From contig JANRKS010000022.1 of the NCBI GenBank assembly GCA_033763315.1, positions 64,001 through 128,000 on the forward strand: a stretch of 64,000 nt of DNA. The letters are read 5' to 3'. The translations under genes and the position numbers were made by a program. Shown in pieces: positions 28,652 to 38,402 of the stretch. Origin of the DNA: Deltaproteobacteria bacterium. Lineage in GTDB: Bacteria; Myxococcota_A; Polyangia; Fen-1088. The notes beneath the pieces are model-generated. The model was not told the origin of the DNA. It ran no database searches and saw nothing but the letters and a program-made list of their open reading frames with translations. Numbering within the stretch: position 1 is the stretch's first letter; each line of letters begins with the position of its first letter.

Positions 28652-30877
28652 CTAGTGAAGCTTTGATTCTGCCTGCGCGAGGCGCTGTGCGACCAGCGTA
28701 TCGTTCGGGGCCAGCCGTTTGGCCACGCGGTAGGCTTCGATGGCATCGTGGTAGCGCAGCAATTTGAAGTTGGCGTCACCCAGCAGGCGAAGCGCATCGG
28801 CCGACCTGGGCGCCAGCTTCGCAGCGAAACGGGCATATTGCAGGGCATCTTCATAGCGGGCGCGCTCAAAACACACCTCGGCCAATCCTTGCAGGGCGCC
28901 CGCGTTGTTGGAATCTTCCGCGATCGCACGGTTGAAAGCTTTTTCGGCGGCTTCAAGCCGTGCCGAGCGCAGGTGAGTCCACCCTTCGGCAGCCTCTCGC
29001 TTCGACACAACAGGATCGTGATTCCCTTGCTCAAGATCGGCTGCCGGCGGTGCCTTGGCTTCGACTTTGGGTCGCGCGGGTTCAGCCGGAGCGGCCACCG
29101 CAGAGGGCTCCGCTTCACGGATTTGCACGGCCTCGGCACGTATGGCGGCGCCGCGATCGTCTGGATCAAGGCCCGCGATCACTTGGTAAAGCGGGCGTGC
29201 GGCTTCCACCTGCCCGCCCACCCAACTCTTATCCGCCAAACGGCGCAAACCATCTGCCAACTGGGCCGCTTCGTGGCCACCGGCATCCGCTTTGGACAGC
29301 GCCTTGATCGCCAGGCGCGCTTCTGAAAGCCGGCCTCGTCGCGCGGCGACGAACACATCGGCGGCCAACCGGCGTGCGTCGGCCGATTCTTCGTGCGCTT
29401 GCCAATTGGGGCGATCTGCAAACAACTTCGCTTCGTCAGCCGATAACTGAGCTTTGTTGAGCAAAGTCAGATCATTGGGCATGAAGCGCAAAGCGTCCCG
29501 GTACTTCACCAACGCGAGATCGCCCAACTCTACCTGCTCAAGCTCTTGCCCCATCGCTTGCAAGGCGGCGGCATAGTTCTCCCGCAGCAAACGTGCCCCA
29601 GGAGATTCGCGGCCCAACTTTTTGGCTTCGCTCTCAGCGTTGAGAATGTAATCCAACGCGGATGCCCCCATGGGCGTCACGTATTGCAGGCGTTTGACGG
29701 CTGTGTTGGCGCGCACGAGGTTGGCCGCCACCATCGGCGCTTCGTCGGTGCCCGTCACTTCCACGCGCACGGGTGTGTACACCACTTGGCGGCCACGTAT
29801 GACGCCAAAGTAAAGCGCCAGGCCCATCGCCAATACGGCGACGCTGGCCGTGGCAATGATGATCCCCCGCATCCGACGTGTGCTGGGCGATGGCATGCGT
29901 TCGGCCAGCGACGTGCGCCACGTGGGCTCGACCGCGGGCAGTTCCAGATCATCCCAAGCGGTCGTGAAGCCCGAGGCGATCTGTGCCTCGCACAACAGCG
30001 CTTCAACTTCGGCCATCGAATTGGGCCGATCATCGGGCCGCTTGGCCAACAGCCGCACGATCACCGACTCAAGAACCGCTGGCACCTTCTTCGCTGGGTT
30101 GCGGTTGGCGAAGGGTTCCGGGGGCTTCTCCACGTGCATGCGGAGGGTTTCAACGGGATCGGCGCCGCGAAACGGCGCGCTGCCGATCAGAATCTCGTAA
30201 GCCACCACGCCCAAGGAATAAATGTCGGCGCGGTGGTCGTAGCCTTTGGCGGTGATGCGTTCAGGTGAAACGTATTCAGGCGTGCCGGAAATTGTTTTGG
30301 CGCCCGGACGCACGTCTTCCATGAAACCCGCGATGCCAAAATCAACCACCTTGACGCAGTCGTTTCGTCTGCCGACGGTGAGCAGCATGACGTTGTCAGG
30401 TTTTACATCGAGGTGAATCACGCCTTTTTCATGCGTGGCACCAAGCGCCTTGGCCATTTGCCGCAAGATCGGCAGCGCGCGTTCGGCCTGTAGGGGCCCC
30501 GTCCTGCGCAGCACCTCGCCCAGCGACTGGCCCTCAAGGTACTCCATGACGAAGTACACACGGCCATCAGCCAGTTCACCAAAGTCGGTGACATCGGCGA
30601 TGTAGGGGCTCCCAATGCGCGAAGCCGTTCGCGCTTCGTGAAGAAAACCTGCGACGCGTTTGGGATCGCGCGCCGACGTCGAGAGCAACACCTTCAGCGC
30701 CACGCGCTTTTGTAGGTCAACGTGTTCTGCTTCATACACCGCGCCCAGTCCGCCCTTGCCAATGCCCGCTATCACGCGGTACCGCGTGCCAGGAATGACC
30801 TCGCCCAGCGGCAGGTCAGTGTCTGGCCGGATGCTGGTGATGTTGCGAGGGGGAGGCTGCAATGGAGGGTGGGGCAT
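28652..30877 (-). CDS. Membrane Hanks-type Ser/Thr kinase with C-terminal TPRs
   Basis: GKGGLGAVY, VALKVL, HLDVKPDN, DFGIA, GTPEYVSPE, one TM, terminal TPR helices. Confidence 0.93.
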   Translation of the reverse strand: MPHPPLQPPPRNITSIRPDTDLPLGEVIPGTRYRVIAGIGKGGLGAVYEAEHVDLQKRVALKVLLSTSARDPKRVAGFLHEARTASRIGSPYIADVTDFGELADGRVYFVMEYLEGQSLGEVLRRTGPLQAERALPILRQMAKALGATHEKGVIHLDVKPDNVMLLTVGRRNDCVKVVDFGIAGFMEDVRPGAKTISGTPEYVSPERITAKGYDHRADIYSLGVVAYEILIGSAPFRGADPVETLRMHVEKPPEPFANRNPAKKVPAVLESVIVRLLAKRPDDRPNSMAEVEALLCEAQIASGFTTAWDDLELPAVEPTWRTSLAERMPSPSTRRMRGIIIATASVAVLAMGLALYFGVIRGRQVVYTPVRVEVTGTDEAPMVAANLVRANTAVKRLQYVTPMGASALDYILNAESEAKKLGRESPGARLLRENYAAALQAMGQELEQVELGDLALVKYRDALRFMPNDLTLLNKAQLSADEAKLFADRPNWQAHEESADARRLAADVFVAARRGRLSEARLAIKALSKADAGGHEAAQLADGLRRLADKSWVGGQVEAARPLYQVIAGLDPDDRGAAIRAEAVQIREAEPSAVAAPAEPARPKVEAKAPPAADLEQGNHDPVVSKREAAEGWTHLRSARLEAAEKAFNRAIAEDSNNAGALQGLAEVCFERARYEDALQYARFAAKLAPRSADALRLLGDANFKLLRYHDAIEAYRVAKRLAPNDTLVAQRLAQAESKLH

Positions 30878-30995
30878 GCGATGCCTGCGAAATGTCTGAG
30901 GGCAGATTCAAAGCCGCCGTCAGTCCGAGCGTTAAACGCGCCTTAGTATAACGCAGCTTACGAAAAGCCGCCGCCCTCAACTTGTGTTGCCGCTT

Positions 30996-31775
30996 TCAGT
31001 GACTGAGTGTGTGCAGCGATTCGCCCGGGTTCACTTCAATCACCATCTCGACGCGGCGGTTGGCCTCGCGACCGTCAGGCGTCTTGTTGCTGGCACGTGG
31101 GATAGTGTCGGCAAACCCCACAGCGGACAACAACGTACCGTCGTAGCGGAAGGCGCGTTGAATGTAGCTTGCAACGGCGGCGGCGCGCGAAGCGGACAGC
31201 TCCCAGTTATCGCGAAATCGGCCGGTGAGGCGAGAATCATCGGTGTGGCCGCCCACACGAATGTGGCGTTTGAGGGCCGTCAGCTCCGAGGCGATCGCGT
31301 CGAGAACAGGCAACATCTGTGGCCGAATGGCCGCTTGAGCGGGATCAAAGAAACTGGCGGCGGACAAACGCACGATCAAGCGTTTGCCTTCGGTGTCTAT
31401 AACCACCGACTTCATCTTGTCGGGGCGCTCTTGCAGGAAGCTGGTGAGCTTGCGCTGCAGACGTTTGCGCAAGGATTCAACGAGCCGCGTGTCATCGATG
31501 AAGCGTGGCTTCTCCTTGCCTTGCAAGGGCGAATGCAACACCGAACTGTCGGTGGGCGGACCGGAGAAGATCGGCAACTCCTTCAAGCCACCGGTGCCTT
31601 TGAAGTGCATCGCGAATTTGATCGACTTTTCGGCGTCGATGGTCTTTTTCCGATCGACGCGGCTCGTGGCGTACATGACGACGAAGAACGCAAACAGCAA
31701 CGTAATGAAGTCGGCGTAGGAAACCAGCCAACGCTCGTGGTTCTCGTGCTCTTCGTGGTGCTGCCGTTTTGCCAC
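30996..31775 (-). CDS. motB: Flagellar stator MotB
   Basis: ERWLVSYADFITLLFAFFVVMY (conserved Asp; Val typical of H+-type), GHTD, NWELS, NRRVE. Confidence 0.95.
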   Translation of the reverse strand: MAKRQHHEEHENHERWLVSYADFITLLFAFFVVMYATSRVDRKKTIDAEKSIKFAMHFKGTGGLKELPIFSGPPTDSSVLHSPLQGKEKPRFIDDTRLVESLRKRLQRKLTSFLQERPDKMKSVVIDTEGKRLIVRLSAASFFDPAQAAIRPQMLPVLDAIASELTALKRHIRVGGHTDDSRLTGRFRDNWELSASRAAAVASYIQRAFRYDGTLLSAVGFADTIPRASNKTPDGREANRRVEMVIEVNPGESLHTLSH

Positions 31776-31780
31776 GGATC

Positions 31781-32548
31781 TTAGTCTTTGTGTTCGGTGG
31801 CGTAGTGCCCGCCGGTCAAAGCGTTGAGTTTGTCTTCCAATACGCGTGGGTTAAGGCCCGCTTGAATGGAAAGCACACCTTCGGCGATCAGCGTTTTGCG
31901 CTCTTTTTCCAGGCCAACTTTGCGTTTCGCCTTGTTGGCCATGGGCAGAAAAAACAAGTTGGCCATACCGACGCCGTAGACCGTGGCCACGAATGCCACC
32001 GCGATGCCGGGGCCCAACTTCGATGGATCCGAAAGGTTTTCCATAACGTGAATCAAACCCAACACAGCGCCCAAAATGCCGACCGTGGGGGCGAAACCAC
32101 CCGCTGACTCCCACACCTTGGCACCCGTTTGGTTTTCTTCGAACTCATGAAAGATCTGGCCTTCGAGGGATTCGCGCGCCACAGCGGCGTCAACGCCATC
32201 CACCAAGAAGCTGACCGCACGCTTGAGGAAGGGGTCTGGGATGTTCTGCACTTGTTGTTCAAGCGCGAGCACGCCATCGCGACGCGCGATGGTGGCCAGT
32301 TCCACAATCTGTTTGATGATCTCGCCGGTGTCGTCTTTTTTGCTGCCGAAGATCAGGCCCAACATCTTCACGCCGCGCATGAAGTCGGCCATCGGAAACG
32401 CCACCGCGACGGCGCCAATGGTGCCGCCCACAACGATGATTGCGGCCGTCGCTTGCACAAGCGAGCCGGCGTGACCACCTTCGAGCGCCTGACCGCCGAG
32501 GATACACGCGATGGCGAAAACAATGCCGCCTATTGATAAAATATCCAT
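31781..32548 (-). CDS. motA: Flagellar stator MotA
   Basis: ARRDGVLALE, APTVGILGAVLGLI, AFVATVYG, IQAGLNPR. Confidence 0.96.
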   Translation of the reverse strand: MDILSIGGIVFAIACILGGQALEGGHAGSLVQATAAIIVVGGTIGAVAVAFPMADFMRGVKMLGLIFGSKKDDTGEIIKQIVELATIARRDGVLALEQQVQNIPDPFLKRAVSFLVDGVDAAVARESLEGQIFHEFEENQTGAKVWESAGGFAPTVGILGAVLGLIHVMENLSDPSKLGPGIAVAFVATVYGVGMANLFFLPMANKAKRKVGLEKERKTLIAEGVLSIQAGLNPRVLEDKLNALTGGHYATEHKD

Positions 32549-32560
32549 GCCAGTGTCCTG

Positions 32561-32917
32561 CTACGTGTGCGGCCCGGCCACAGCTTTGGGATTGGGGGGA
32601 GCCGCTGCTTTTGTATCGGCAGGTTCGTCACAAACTTGTCCTGCCGTGGGCACCACGGAAGGCACGCGGGTGCGTTCGTGCACAGGGTATGGGCCGTCCC
32701 CAAGTCGGGGTGTTCCAGGGCCCTGCATTGTGCGGTAGCGAAACGCCACCGCTCGCTCCACCACGTCCTGAACGGGCTCGCGAACCAGCAAGCGATCACC
32801 CGTGGTGAGGGTCACCATCGTGTCTGGCGTGGCCTCCACAGTGACGATGAGATCGCTGTTCACAACGAGTTCGCGTCCATCCAAGCGCGTTAACATGATC
32901 ATGCGTCTATCCACCAT
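32561..32917 (-). CDS. flbD: FlbD (small flagellar operon protein) with C-terminal tail
   Basis: MIMLTRLDG..VNSDLIVTVEATPDTMVTLTTG; canonical position between flgE and motA. Confidence 0.9.
   Translation of the reverse strand: MVDRRMIMLTRLDGRELVVNSDLIVTVEATPDTMVTLTTGDRLLVREPVQDVVERAVAFRYRTMQGPGTPRLGDGPYPVHERTRVPSVVPTAGQVCDEPADTKAAAPPNPKAVAGPHT
32613..32639 (-). promoter_or_regulatory. sigma28-type promoter for motAB
   Basis: ACAAG-N14-GCCGATAC, about 65 nt upstream of motA, inside the flbD tail. Confidence 0.6.
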
Positions 32918-32955
32918 GGAAGTGTCTTTGTTAACCGTGGACGTGTGCCACGGCT

Positions 32956-33001
32956 CCCTAGGGTCATCGGAGCAGCCCTCACCCTCCGATAAGCCCTAGG
33001 G
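32956..33001. other. Stem-loop between flgE and flbD (terminator/stability element)
   Basis: CCCTAGGG-tc-ATCGGAG ... CTCCGAT-aag-CCCTAGGG inverted repeat; no clear U tract. Confidence 0.5.
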
Positions 33002-33016
33002 TCCCGTTATTGCGGA

Positions 33017-34309
33017 TTACCGCTTGAGGGTCATCAGCTCGGCCAGCAACTGGTCGGCCGTGGTGATGGTTTTCGAGTTTGCTTGAAAGCCACGCTGTGC
33101 AGCGATCATGCGGATGAACTCTTGGCCCATGTCGACGTTCGACTGTTCCAGCACGCCTGAAGAGATGGATGCGTGTCCACCCGTGCCAGGTTGGCCGATG
33201 ACAGCCGTACCTGACGTTTGGGTTTCTTGGAATAGATTGCCTCCCAAGCGCGAAAGCCCCTCTTCCGCGGTGAAGTTCGCCACCGCCACTTGGCCGATGA
33301 CACGTGAGCGACCATTGCTAAAAGCGCCGGTCAATTGCCCTTGTGAATCCACCGTCATGCTGGTGAGCGAGCCCGCGGGATACCCATCTTGGCTTAAGAA
33401 GGTGGCCACCGTGGGGCTGGCAAACTGCGTGATGCCGTCGACGCCCGAGCCGCCTGTGCCCGTGGGCGAGCCGAAGTTGAACGTGAGCGGTTGCACCGCT
33501 GCGTTGATCGGCGTGAAATTTTGCGCCGTGACCGCGAAGGTCGTTAGCTCGCCTCCGGTGCCGAACGTCATGGTGCCGTTCGCCACATCCACAGCGGTGC
33601 CTGCGGTGCCACCCGTGAGGCCGCCACCATCAGTCAGCGCGTGCCATTCCCAGCTGCCAGGAACGGCGGGATCTTGGCGGAAATAGATGTCAATCTGATG
33701 CGATTCGCCCAAGCTGTCATACACGACCATGCTGGTTTGGCCATTGCTGGTTGTGCCAGGCGTGGCAGGGTTAAAGGCGGGCACGGCGGGTGAGCCAGCC
33801 ATCAGGTTTGCACGCACCGTGAGGTTGGTGGTGGCCAAGGGCGGGCTTGTCACAGCGCCCACCTTCAAGTCGCCAAGCGTGGCGCCAAGCGTTCCCGTGG
33901 CGTCAGCGGTATAGCCTTGCAGCTTGAGCCCTGAAAGGTTTGTCATGAAGCCATCGGTGTCAACGGTGAATTGGCCAGCGCGGGTGTAGAACTGCCCGTC
34001 CATGCCGTTGAAATTGCCTTTGACGGCGAAGTAGCCCTGGCCTTGCAACGCAAGATCCGTGGGGCGGCTTGTGGTGGAAAGCGTGCCTTGCTCAACCATG
34101 CGTTGCACGGTTTGCAATCGGGTGCCGAGGCCAATCTGCGTTGTGTTCGCACCGATCACGGTGCGTGCCAACGTATCTTGGAATACGGCGCGGCTTGCTT
34201 TGAATCCGACGGTGCCTGCGTTGGCAATGTTATCGCCAACAACGGACAGCTCAAGGCCATTGGCCTCAAGACCGCCGGCACCTGTATTGAGGGCTGACAG
34301 GATGCTCAT
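33017..34309 (-). CDS. flgE: Flagellar hook protein
   Basis: VGDNIANAGTVGFK, DLALQGQGYF, YTRAGQF, LEQSNVD, AQRGFQANSK. Confidence 0.97.
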   Translation of the reverse strand: MSILSALNTGAGGLEANGLELSVVGDNIANAGTVGFKASRAVFQDTLARTVIGANTTQIGLGTRLQTVQRMVEQGTLSTTSRPTDLALQGQGYFAVKGNFNGMDGQFYTRAGQFTVDTDGFMTNLSGLKLQGYTADATGTLGATLGDLKVGAVTSPPLATTNLTVRANLMAGSPAVPAFNPATPGTTSNGQTSMVVYDSLGESHQIDIYFRQDPAVPGSWEWHALTDGGGLTGGTAGTAVDVANGTMTFGTGGELTTFAVTAQNFTPINAAVQPLTFNFGSPTGTGGSGVDGITQFASPTVATFLSQDGYPAGSLTSMTVDSQGQLTGAFSNGRSRVIGQVAVANFTAEEGLSRLGGNLFQETQTSGTAVIGQPGTGGHASISSGVLEQSNVDMGQEFIRMIAAQRGFQANSKTITTADQLLAELMTLKR

Positions 34310-34983
34310 GGGTTACTCCTTTGGTTGATCTCGATCACTTGTGACATTGAAACTTTTTGTGAACCGATGCGCAGCGCGGGGGCGCCGCTCTCGAATGAAA
34401 CGCCTTCAACAATTCCGTGCGAGCGCATGTCAACGGCCACATCTTTGCCGTTGGCATCCTTGGCTTTGATCTCCACCTTGTAGGAGCCATCTGGCGCAAA
34501 GCTGCCGTCGTCGCGTTTGCCATCCCAGGGCACCTCGATGGCGCCCGCGTTGTGGCCGCCGAGCTTCAAGGTGCGAATCACGCGTGTGCCATCAGAGATG
34601 GTGGCGGTGATTTCGCTGGCGGTGGCACCAAGATAAGCGCCGGCCGAGGTGCTTGTGCCGGCTTTCCAATCAATGGCGTCGGTGTGGAACATGGCATCGC
34701 GGCCAACGAAGTTCGTGGCTGCCATCTGCGAGTTGGTGGCTTGCGCCAGCAGGATGTCATCCAAACTTGTGTTGGCCTTTTGCAGCTGTTCGACTGAAGT
34801 GAACTGCGCCAACTGTGTGGCCAGCTCTTGGCTGTCCTGCGGCTTGGTTGGATCTTGGTTCTGCATCTGCGCCAACATCAGTTTCAAAAACTGATCTTTG
34901 CCAAGCTCGCTCGAACCCTTGCGATCGGTGGCCTTGGGCGGCGTGGCCGTCGCGGTGGCGTTTAAGATTTGTTGAACATCCAT
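34306..34983 (-). CDS. flgD: Hook capping protein
   Basis: LGKDQFLKLMLAQMQNQDP, QLAQFTSVEQ, WDGK. Confidence 0.96.
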   Translation of the reverse strand: MDVQQILNATATATPPKATDRKGSSELGKDQFLKLMLAQMQNQDPTKPQDSQELATQLAQFTSVEQLQKANTSLDDILLAQATNSQMAATNFVGRDAMFHTDAIDWKAGTSTSAGAYLGATASEITATISDGTRVIRTLKLGGHNAGAIEVPWDGKRDDGSFAPDGSYKVEIKAKDANGKDVAVDMRSHGIVEGVSFESGAPALRIGSQKVSMSQVIEINQRSNP

Positions 34984-34994
34984 GACGTTTGTTC

Positions 34995-37900
34995 CTACGC
35001 TTTGATGTGAACGCGGCCTGCACGGCGAATGCGTGATGTATCGCCAGAAACCGGACGCTCACCCGGTGACTCTGCATGCCCCGTGCCGGCGTTCTCGTCA
35101 GCGTCCTGACGCGCGTTCGGATCGCTTGAGCGCTGGCGGTCAGACGTTTCGCTGAAAGTGCCACGCCGATCCTCGACGTGAAAGCGTCCAAGCGTGAGGC
35201 CTTCTTTGGAAAGATAGGCCTCAAGGTCACGGCCATGAGCGCCGAGCTGCGCGGCCGCTTGGCCATCTGCAGAAACGTCAGCGACGCCTTGCCGTACACG
35301 CACGTGCAAAGACAAAGCGCCACCGTCGGTTTGCACAGACACGCGCGCTTCGTTGTTGTTGAAGTCCACCTTCGCTTGCGAAAGTTCGATCATGTCGGCG
35401 GCGGCGAACGCCGTCTGCTTTGGCTCAGTGACCTTTGCGGGTGCGGCCAATGATGGTGATGGTGGCGCCGATGGTTGTGCATTCGCGGCGACAGGGGGAA
35501 CGACCGTCGGGTTGGTGACGGGGGCAGCGCCCGGCAAGGGTGCGCTCGTTGCGGGGAGGGATGGGTTGGGGTCAACGTTGTGACGGGCGCGAGGTTCGTC
35601 TGCGTTTGGCCCGGCAGCTTGTGCCGGCTTTGCGGGCGCGCTGGGCACAATGTGCCCCGCGGGCGTGGTGGGGTCAGAGGCCTGCGGCAATGCCGTTGTT
35701 GGCTGCGATGCTTCAACAGTCTTTGCGGCCTCGATAGATCGTTCAGTGCGCCGCGGCTGAGCAAGGGTCGCGCGAGGCGGCTGAAGCGCTTGCAGATCAA
35801 CGGGCCAAGCACGTACAGGTGCGGCACCGGCGGGCACCGGCGCTTGAGCTTGAACGAGCACGGGGCTAACTGGGGCCGGCGCCGGATGCGGCGCGACGGT
35901 CGTTGGCTTAAGATCGGCAGCGGTCGCGCTGGGTTCGCTCGCTTGTGCACGAACGGCCTTCACATCCGCAGGCGCTGTGCGCGCGACCTGCTCGACAGGC
36001 GCTGTGCGATCCGCGTTTTGAACCGCCGCCGCGATGACAGCTACGTTATGATTTTCAGCAGGGCCGGCGCCCCGTAGATTGCGAGCCGCAGGTTGTTGCC
36101 CCGTGCGAACCGTGTTGTGATCCGCGGGCGCAGCGCGAAACACTTTCTGTTCTGCAGCCCCTCGACGAAGGGCGCTTTGCGCCGCGGGCTCGGTGCGAGG
36201 CGTGATCTGTGCTTGTGGCTCAACCACAAAGGGTGCTCCCGCGTTGATAACGGCTGGGGTATTGGGCGCGCGTGCTATGGCCAGCGGTGCTGGCTCTGAG
36301 GCTTTGCCCACCTTTGGTGAAGGTCGCAGCGACGCGGCTTCGCTCGCACCCGAGGGCGTGGCGGGCAACGACACGCGCGCTGCGACCGTAGGGGTCAACT
36401 CGGGCGACGTGACAACGAACGTTCGTGACTGTGAAGACGGCGTGGTCGCTGCATTAGGCGCAGGCGTCACCGCGGGTTTTGCAATCACGGGAGGCGCGGC
36501 AGTCGCTGTGTTGATCACTGGCACAACATGGACCGCGGGCGATTCAGAGGGAGCCATGGCCTTCGCAGGCACGGGCGCATCGGGTGCGGCAACCACGACT
36601 GCAGGGGTTGCATGTTTGGCCACCGTCGCAGGGGTTTGGATGGGGGCCGACGGCACGCGTGGCGTGATGAAGGCCGGCGGAGACGTCACAGGCCCCACGG
36701 CACGCGCGGTGGATGGCCTGGCAACCGTTGGCGCAACGTCGGTAAATGCATTCGTCTGCGGTGATGGCGCCACAGAGTTGGGCGTGATCGCACCTTTTTC
36801 ACGAACCCGGGCTTGCGATGCCGGCGCTGGCGAGGATCCAACCGCAAGGCTTGTGACAGCCGGCGGAACCGGAGCAGGAAACAGCGGCGCAGGCGCCACC
36901 ACAGGCTGCGTGAACCATGACGTAGGCGATGAGTTCGCAGGCGGTGCAAGGTCGTCAGTGTCTGACGGTGTCCTCACGCGTTCACCCTCGGGCTCGGGCG
37001 CCAGGGGACGCGGGTTGGGCTTCGGCACGACGTTGTGGGCGGCCGGGGGCGACGTGGGCAAGAGCGAAGTCACGTCGAGATTGCTCTGCTGTGGCTCCAC
37101 TTGGGGCTCTCGCGCAGGCGGTGAGCTGTTGACCGCGCCCAGCACAGCGGGCGTCAAGGTCGCGGCCACCGGGGGAGGTAGGGGCGTAGGTGTTCGGCGC
37201 GAACGCGGCATCACGAAGCGTGGCTCGGGCAGCGCAGGCGCGCGCTCGACGCCGAGTGCGTGATCGCTTGATGTTGTGACTACGGACGAACCGGACTGCA
37301 AAGTCGACATCGTTGACTCCTGCTCGGCCATGAAACGTGCGGTTGTAAGCTGGGCGAAGGCTTCTACGTTCGTGTGTGAAGGATCCAATAGAGGTGGCTT
37401 ATCCGTCATAGGGGCAAGCACGTACGGTGCTGCAAAAACGGGTTCGGTTGGAACCGCAGGCTTCGTCTGCACGCTGGTGGCGCGGGCAGGTTGCGAAACG
37501 GGCGGCGGAACAGCCCAGCCCACCGCCGCAAGCGGGGCTTCCTTGCGCTCAGGAAGTGAATCGCGGGGCGGCAAAGGTTGCGCAAACGGCGCGTGTTCAG
37601 CGCGCGGGCGTGAAGGTGCCGGCATCGATCGAACGAGCACCGTTGCAGGTTGGTTGTGAAGCTCAAGGGGCACCATGGCCGCATTGGCGACAACGGGCGC
37701 CGTGGGCAGCGGGTCGCTCCTCATCAATGAAAACGGTCGAGACGCAACCTTGCGCAAAGGTTGTTCTTGCGCAGCTGGTGTCACGGGCGGCTGCGAAACC
37801 GTGGGCGGCGGGATCGGTTGATGTTCAGCGGCAGGCACAGACACAGGTTCGCTCTTGGCCCCTTCGAATGCCTCCGGCGGCAAGAGCGTTTCGGGAGGCG

Positions 37901-38402
37901 GGTTGATCCAACCTGGCAAGGCCGTTGAGGGCGTCGCATCGGGCGTTGAAGGCGGCGGTGCAGAAACTTGGGGGTGAAACGCCGCTACGTCGCTCGGAAG
38001 CGCAGCGTGATCGGACACCCGCGCGCGGGACGGCGTTGCGCTCGCCTCGGGCACTGAATGACCGTGGTCGCGCGCTTCGTGCCCTTGCACCTGCAGCGAT
38101 GCCAAATGCTTTTCCGACTCCGGCGACTCGGGCAACGCCTGGTGCTTGTGTACCTGCGGCAATGCCGAATGCTTTTCCGACTCCGGCGACGCCTGATGGT
38201 TTTGCGATTCCGGCAACGCTTGATGCTGAACCCACGCGGCGCGGTTGTCCTTTTGAGGGGCATCGCCGTGCTGGGCAATGGCCAACGCGAGCTTCGCCAC
38301 AAACGCTGTATCCGCCGTCTCAACCGGAGCCTTGACGTCGGCTTGCCGACCAACGTCGAGCATCGCGTTGCGGAAGGCCGCAGGCAAAACCTGCGGTTTC
38401 AC
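34995..38402 (-). CDS. fliK: Very long FliK-like hook-length control protein (1135 aa)
   Basis: Directly upstream of flgD; about 1000 aa Pro/Ala/Thr-rich region; C-terminal 'ARVSVQ..GALSLHVRVRQGVADVS..LEAYLSKEGLTLGRFHV' resembles the FliK C (T3S4) domain; GTG overlaps upstream stop (GTGA). Confidence 0.75.
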   Translation of the reverse strand: MKPQVLPAAFRNAMLDVGRQADVKAPVETADTAFVAKLALAIAQHGDAPQKDNRAAWVQHQALPESQNHQASPESEKHSALPQVHKHQALPESPESEKHLASLQVQGHEARDHGHSVPEASATPSRARVSDHAALPSDVAAFHPQVSAPPPSTPDATPSTALPGWINPPPETLLPPEAFEGAKSEPVSVPAAEHQPIPPPTVSQPPVTPAAQEQPLRKVASRPFSLMRSDPLPTAPVVANAAMVPLELHNQPATVLVRSMPAPSRPRAEHAPFAQPLPPRDSLPERKEAPLAAVGWAVPPPVSQPARATSVQTKPAVPTEPVFAAPYVLAPMTDKPPLLDPSHTNVEAFAQLTTARFMAEQESTMSTLQSGSSVVTTSSDHALGVERAPALPEPRFVMPRSRRTPTPLPPPVAATLTPAVLGAVNSSPPAREPQVEPQQSNLDVTSLLPTSPPAAHNVVPKPNPRPLAPEPEGERVRTPSDTDDLAPPANSSPTSWFTQPVVAPAPLFPAPVPPAVTSLAVGSSPAPASQARVREKGAITPNSVAPSPQTNAFTDVAPTVARPSTARAVGPVTSPPAFITPRVPSAPIQTPATVAKHATPAVVVAAPDAPVPAKAMAPSESPAVHVVPVINTATAAPPVIAKPAVTPAPNAATTPSSQSRTFVVTSPELTPTVAARVSLPATPSGASEAASLRPSPKVGKASEPAPLAIARAPNTPAVINAGAPFVVEPQAQITPRTEPAAQSALRRGAAEQKVFRAAPADHNTVRTGQQPAARNLRGAGPAENHNVAVIAAAVQNADRTAPVEQVARTAPADVKAVRAQASEPSATAADLKPTTVAPHPAPAPVSPVLVQAQAPVPAGAAPVRAWPVDLQALQPPRATLAQPRRTERSIEAAKTVEASQPTTALPQASDPTTPAGHIVPSAPAKPAQAAGPNADEPRARHNVDPNPSLPATSAPLPGAAPVTNPTVVPPVAANAQPSAPPSPSLAAPAKVTEPKQTAFAAADMIELSQAKVDFNNNEARVSVQTDGGALSLHVRVRQGVADVSADGQAAAQLGAHGRDLEAYLSKEGLTLGRFHVEDRRGTFSETSDRQRSSDPNARQDADENAGTGHAESPGERPVSGDTSRIRRAGRVHIKA
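35073..35088 (-). promoter_or_regulatory. sigma54 promoter for flgDE, inside fliK 3' end
   Basis: CGGCACGGGGCATGCA = GGCAC-N7-GC, about 90 nt upstream of flgD. Confidence 0.55.
38088..38230. repeat. In-frame 63-bp direct repeat in fliK 5' region
   Basis: ATGCCRAATGCTTTTCCGACTCCGGCGAC at 38099 and 38162 plus degenerate parts; encodes repeated HQALPES / SPESEKH units. Confidence 0.75.

Noticed and set aside
31781-32548. MotA/MotB as gliding motor AglRQS
   Set aside because: MotB has an OmpA-like domain and the genes sit in flagellar context; Agl motors are TolQR-like.
32935-32950. TGGCAC upstream of flbD as sigma54 promoter
   Set aside because: The -12 position reads CG, not GC.
38088-38230. 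Direct repeats as CRISPR-like array
   Set aside because: Only two good copies, period is a multiple of 3 inside a CDS, no cas genes.
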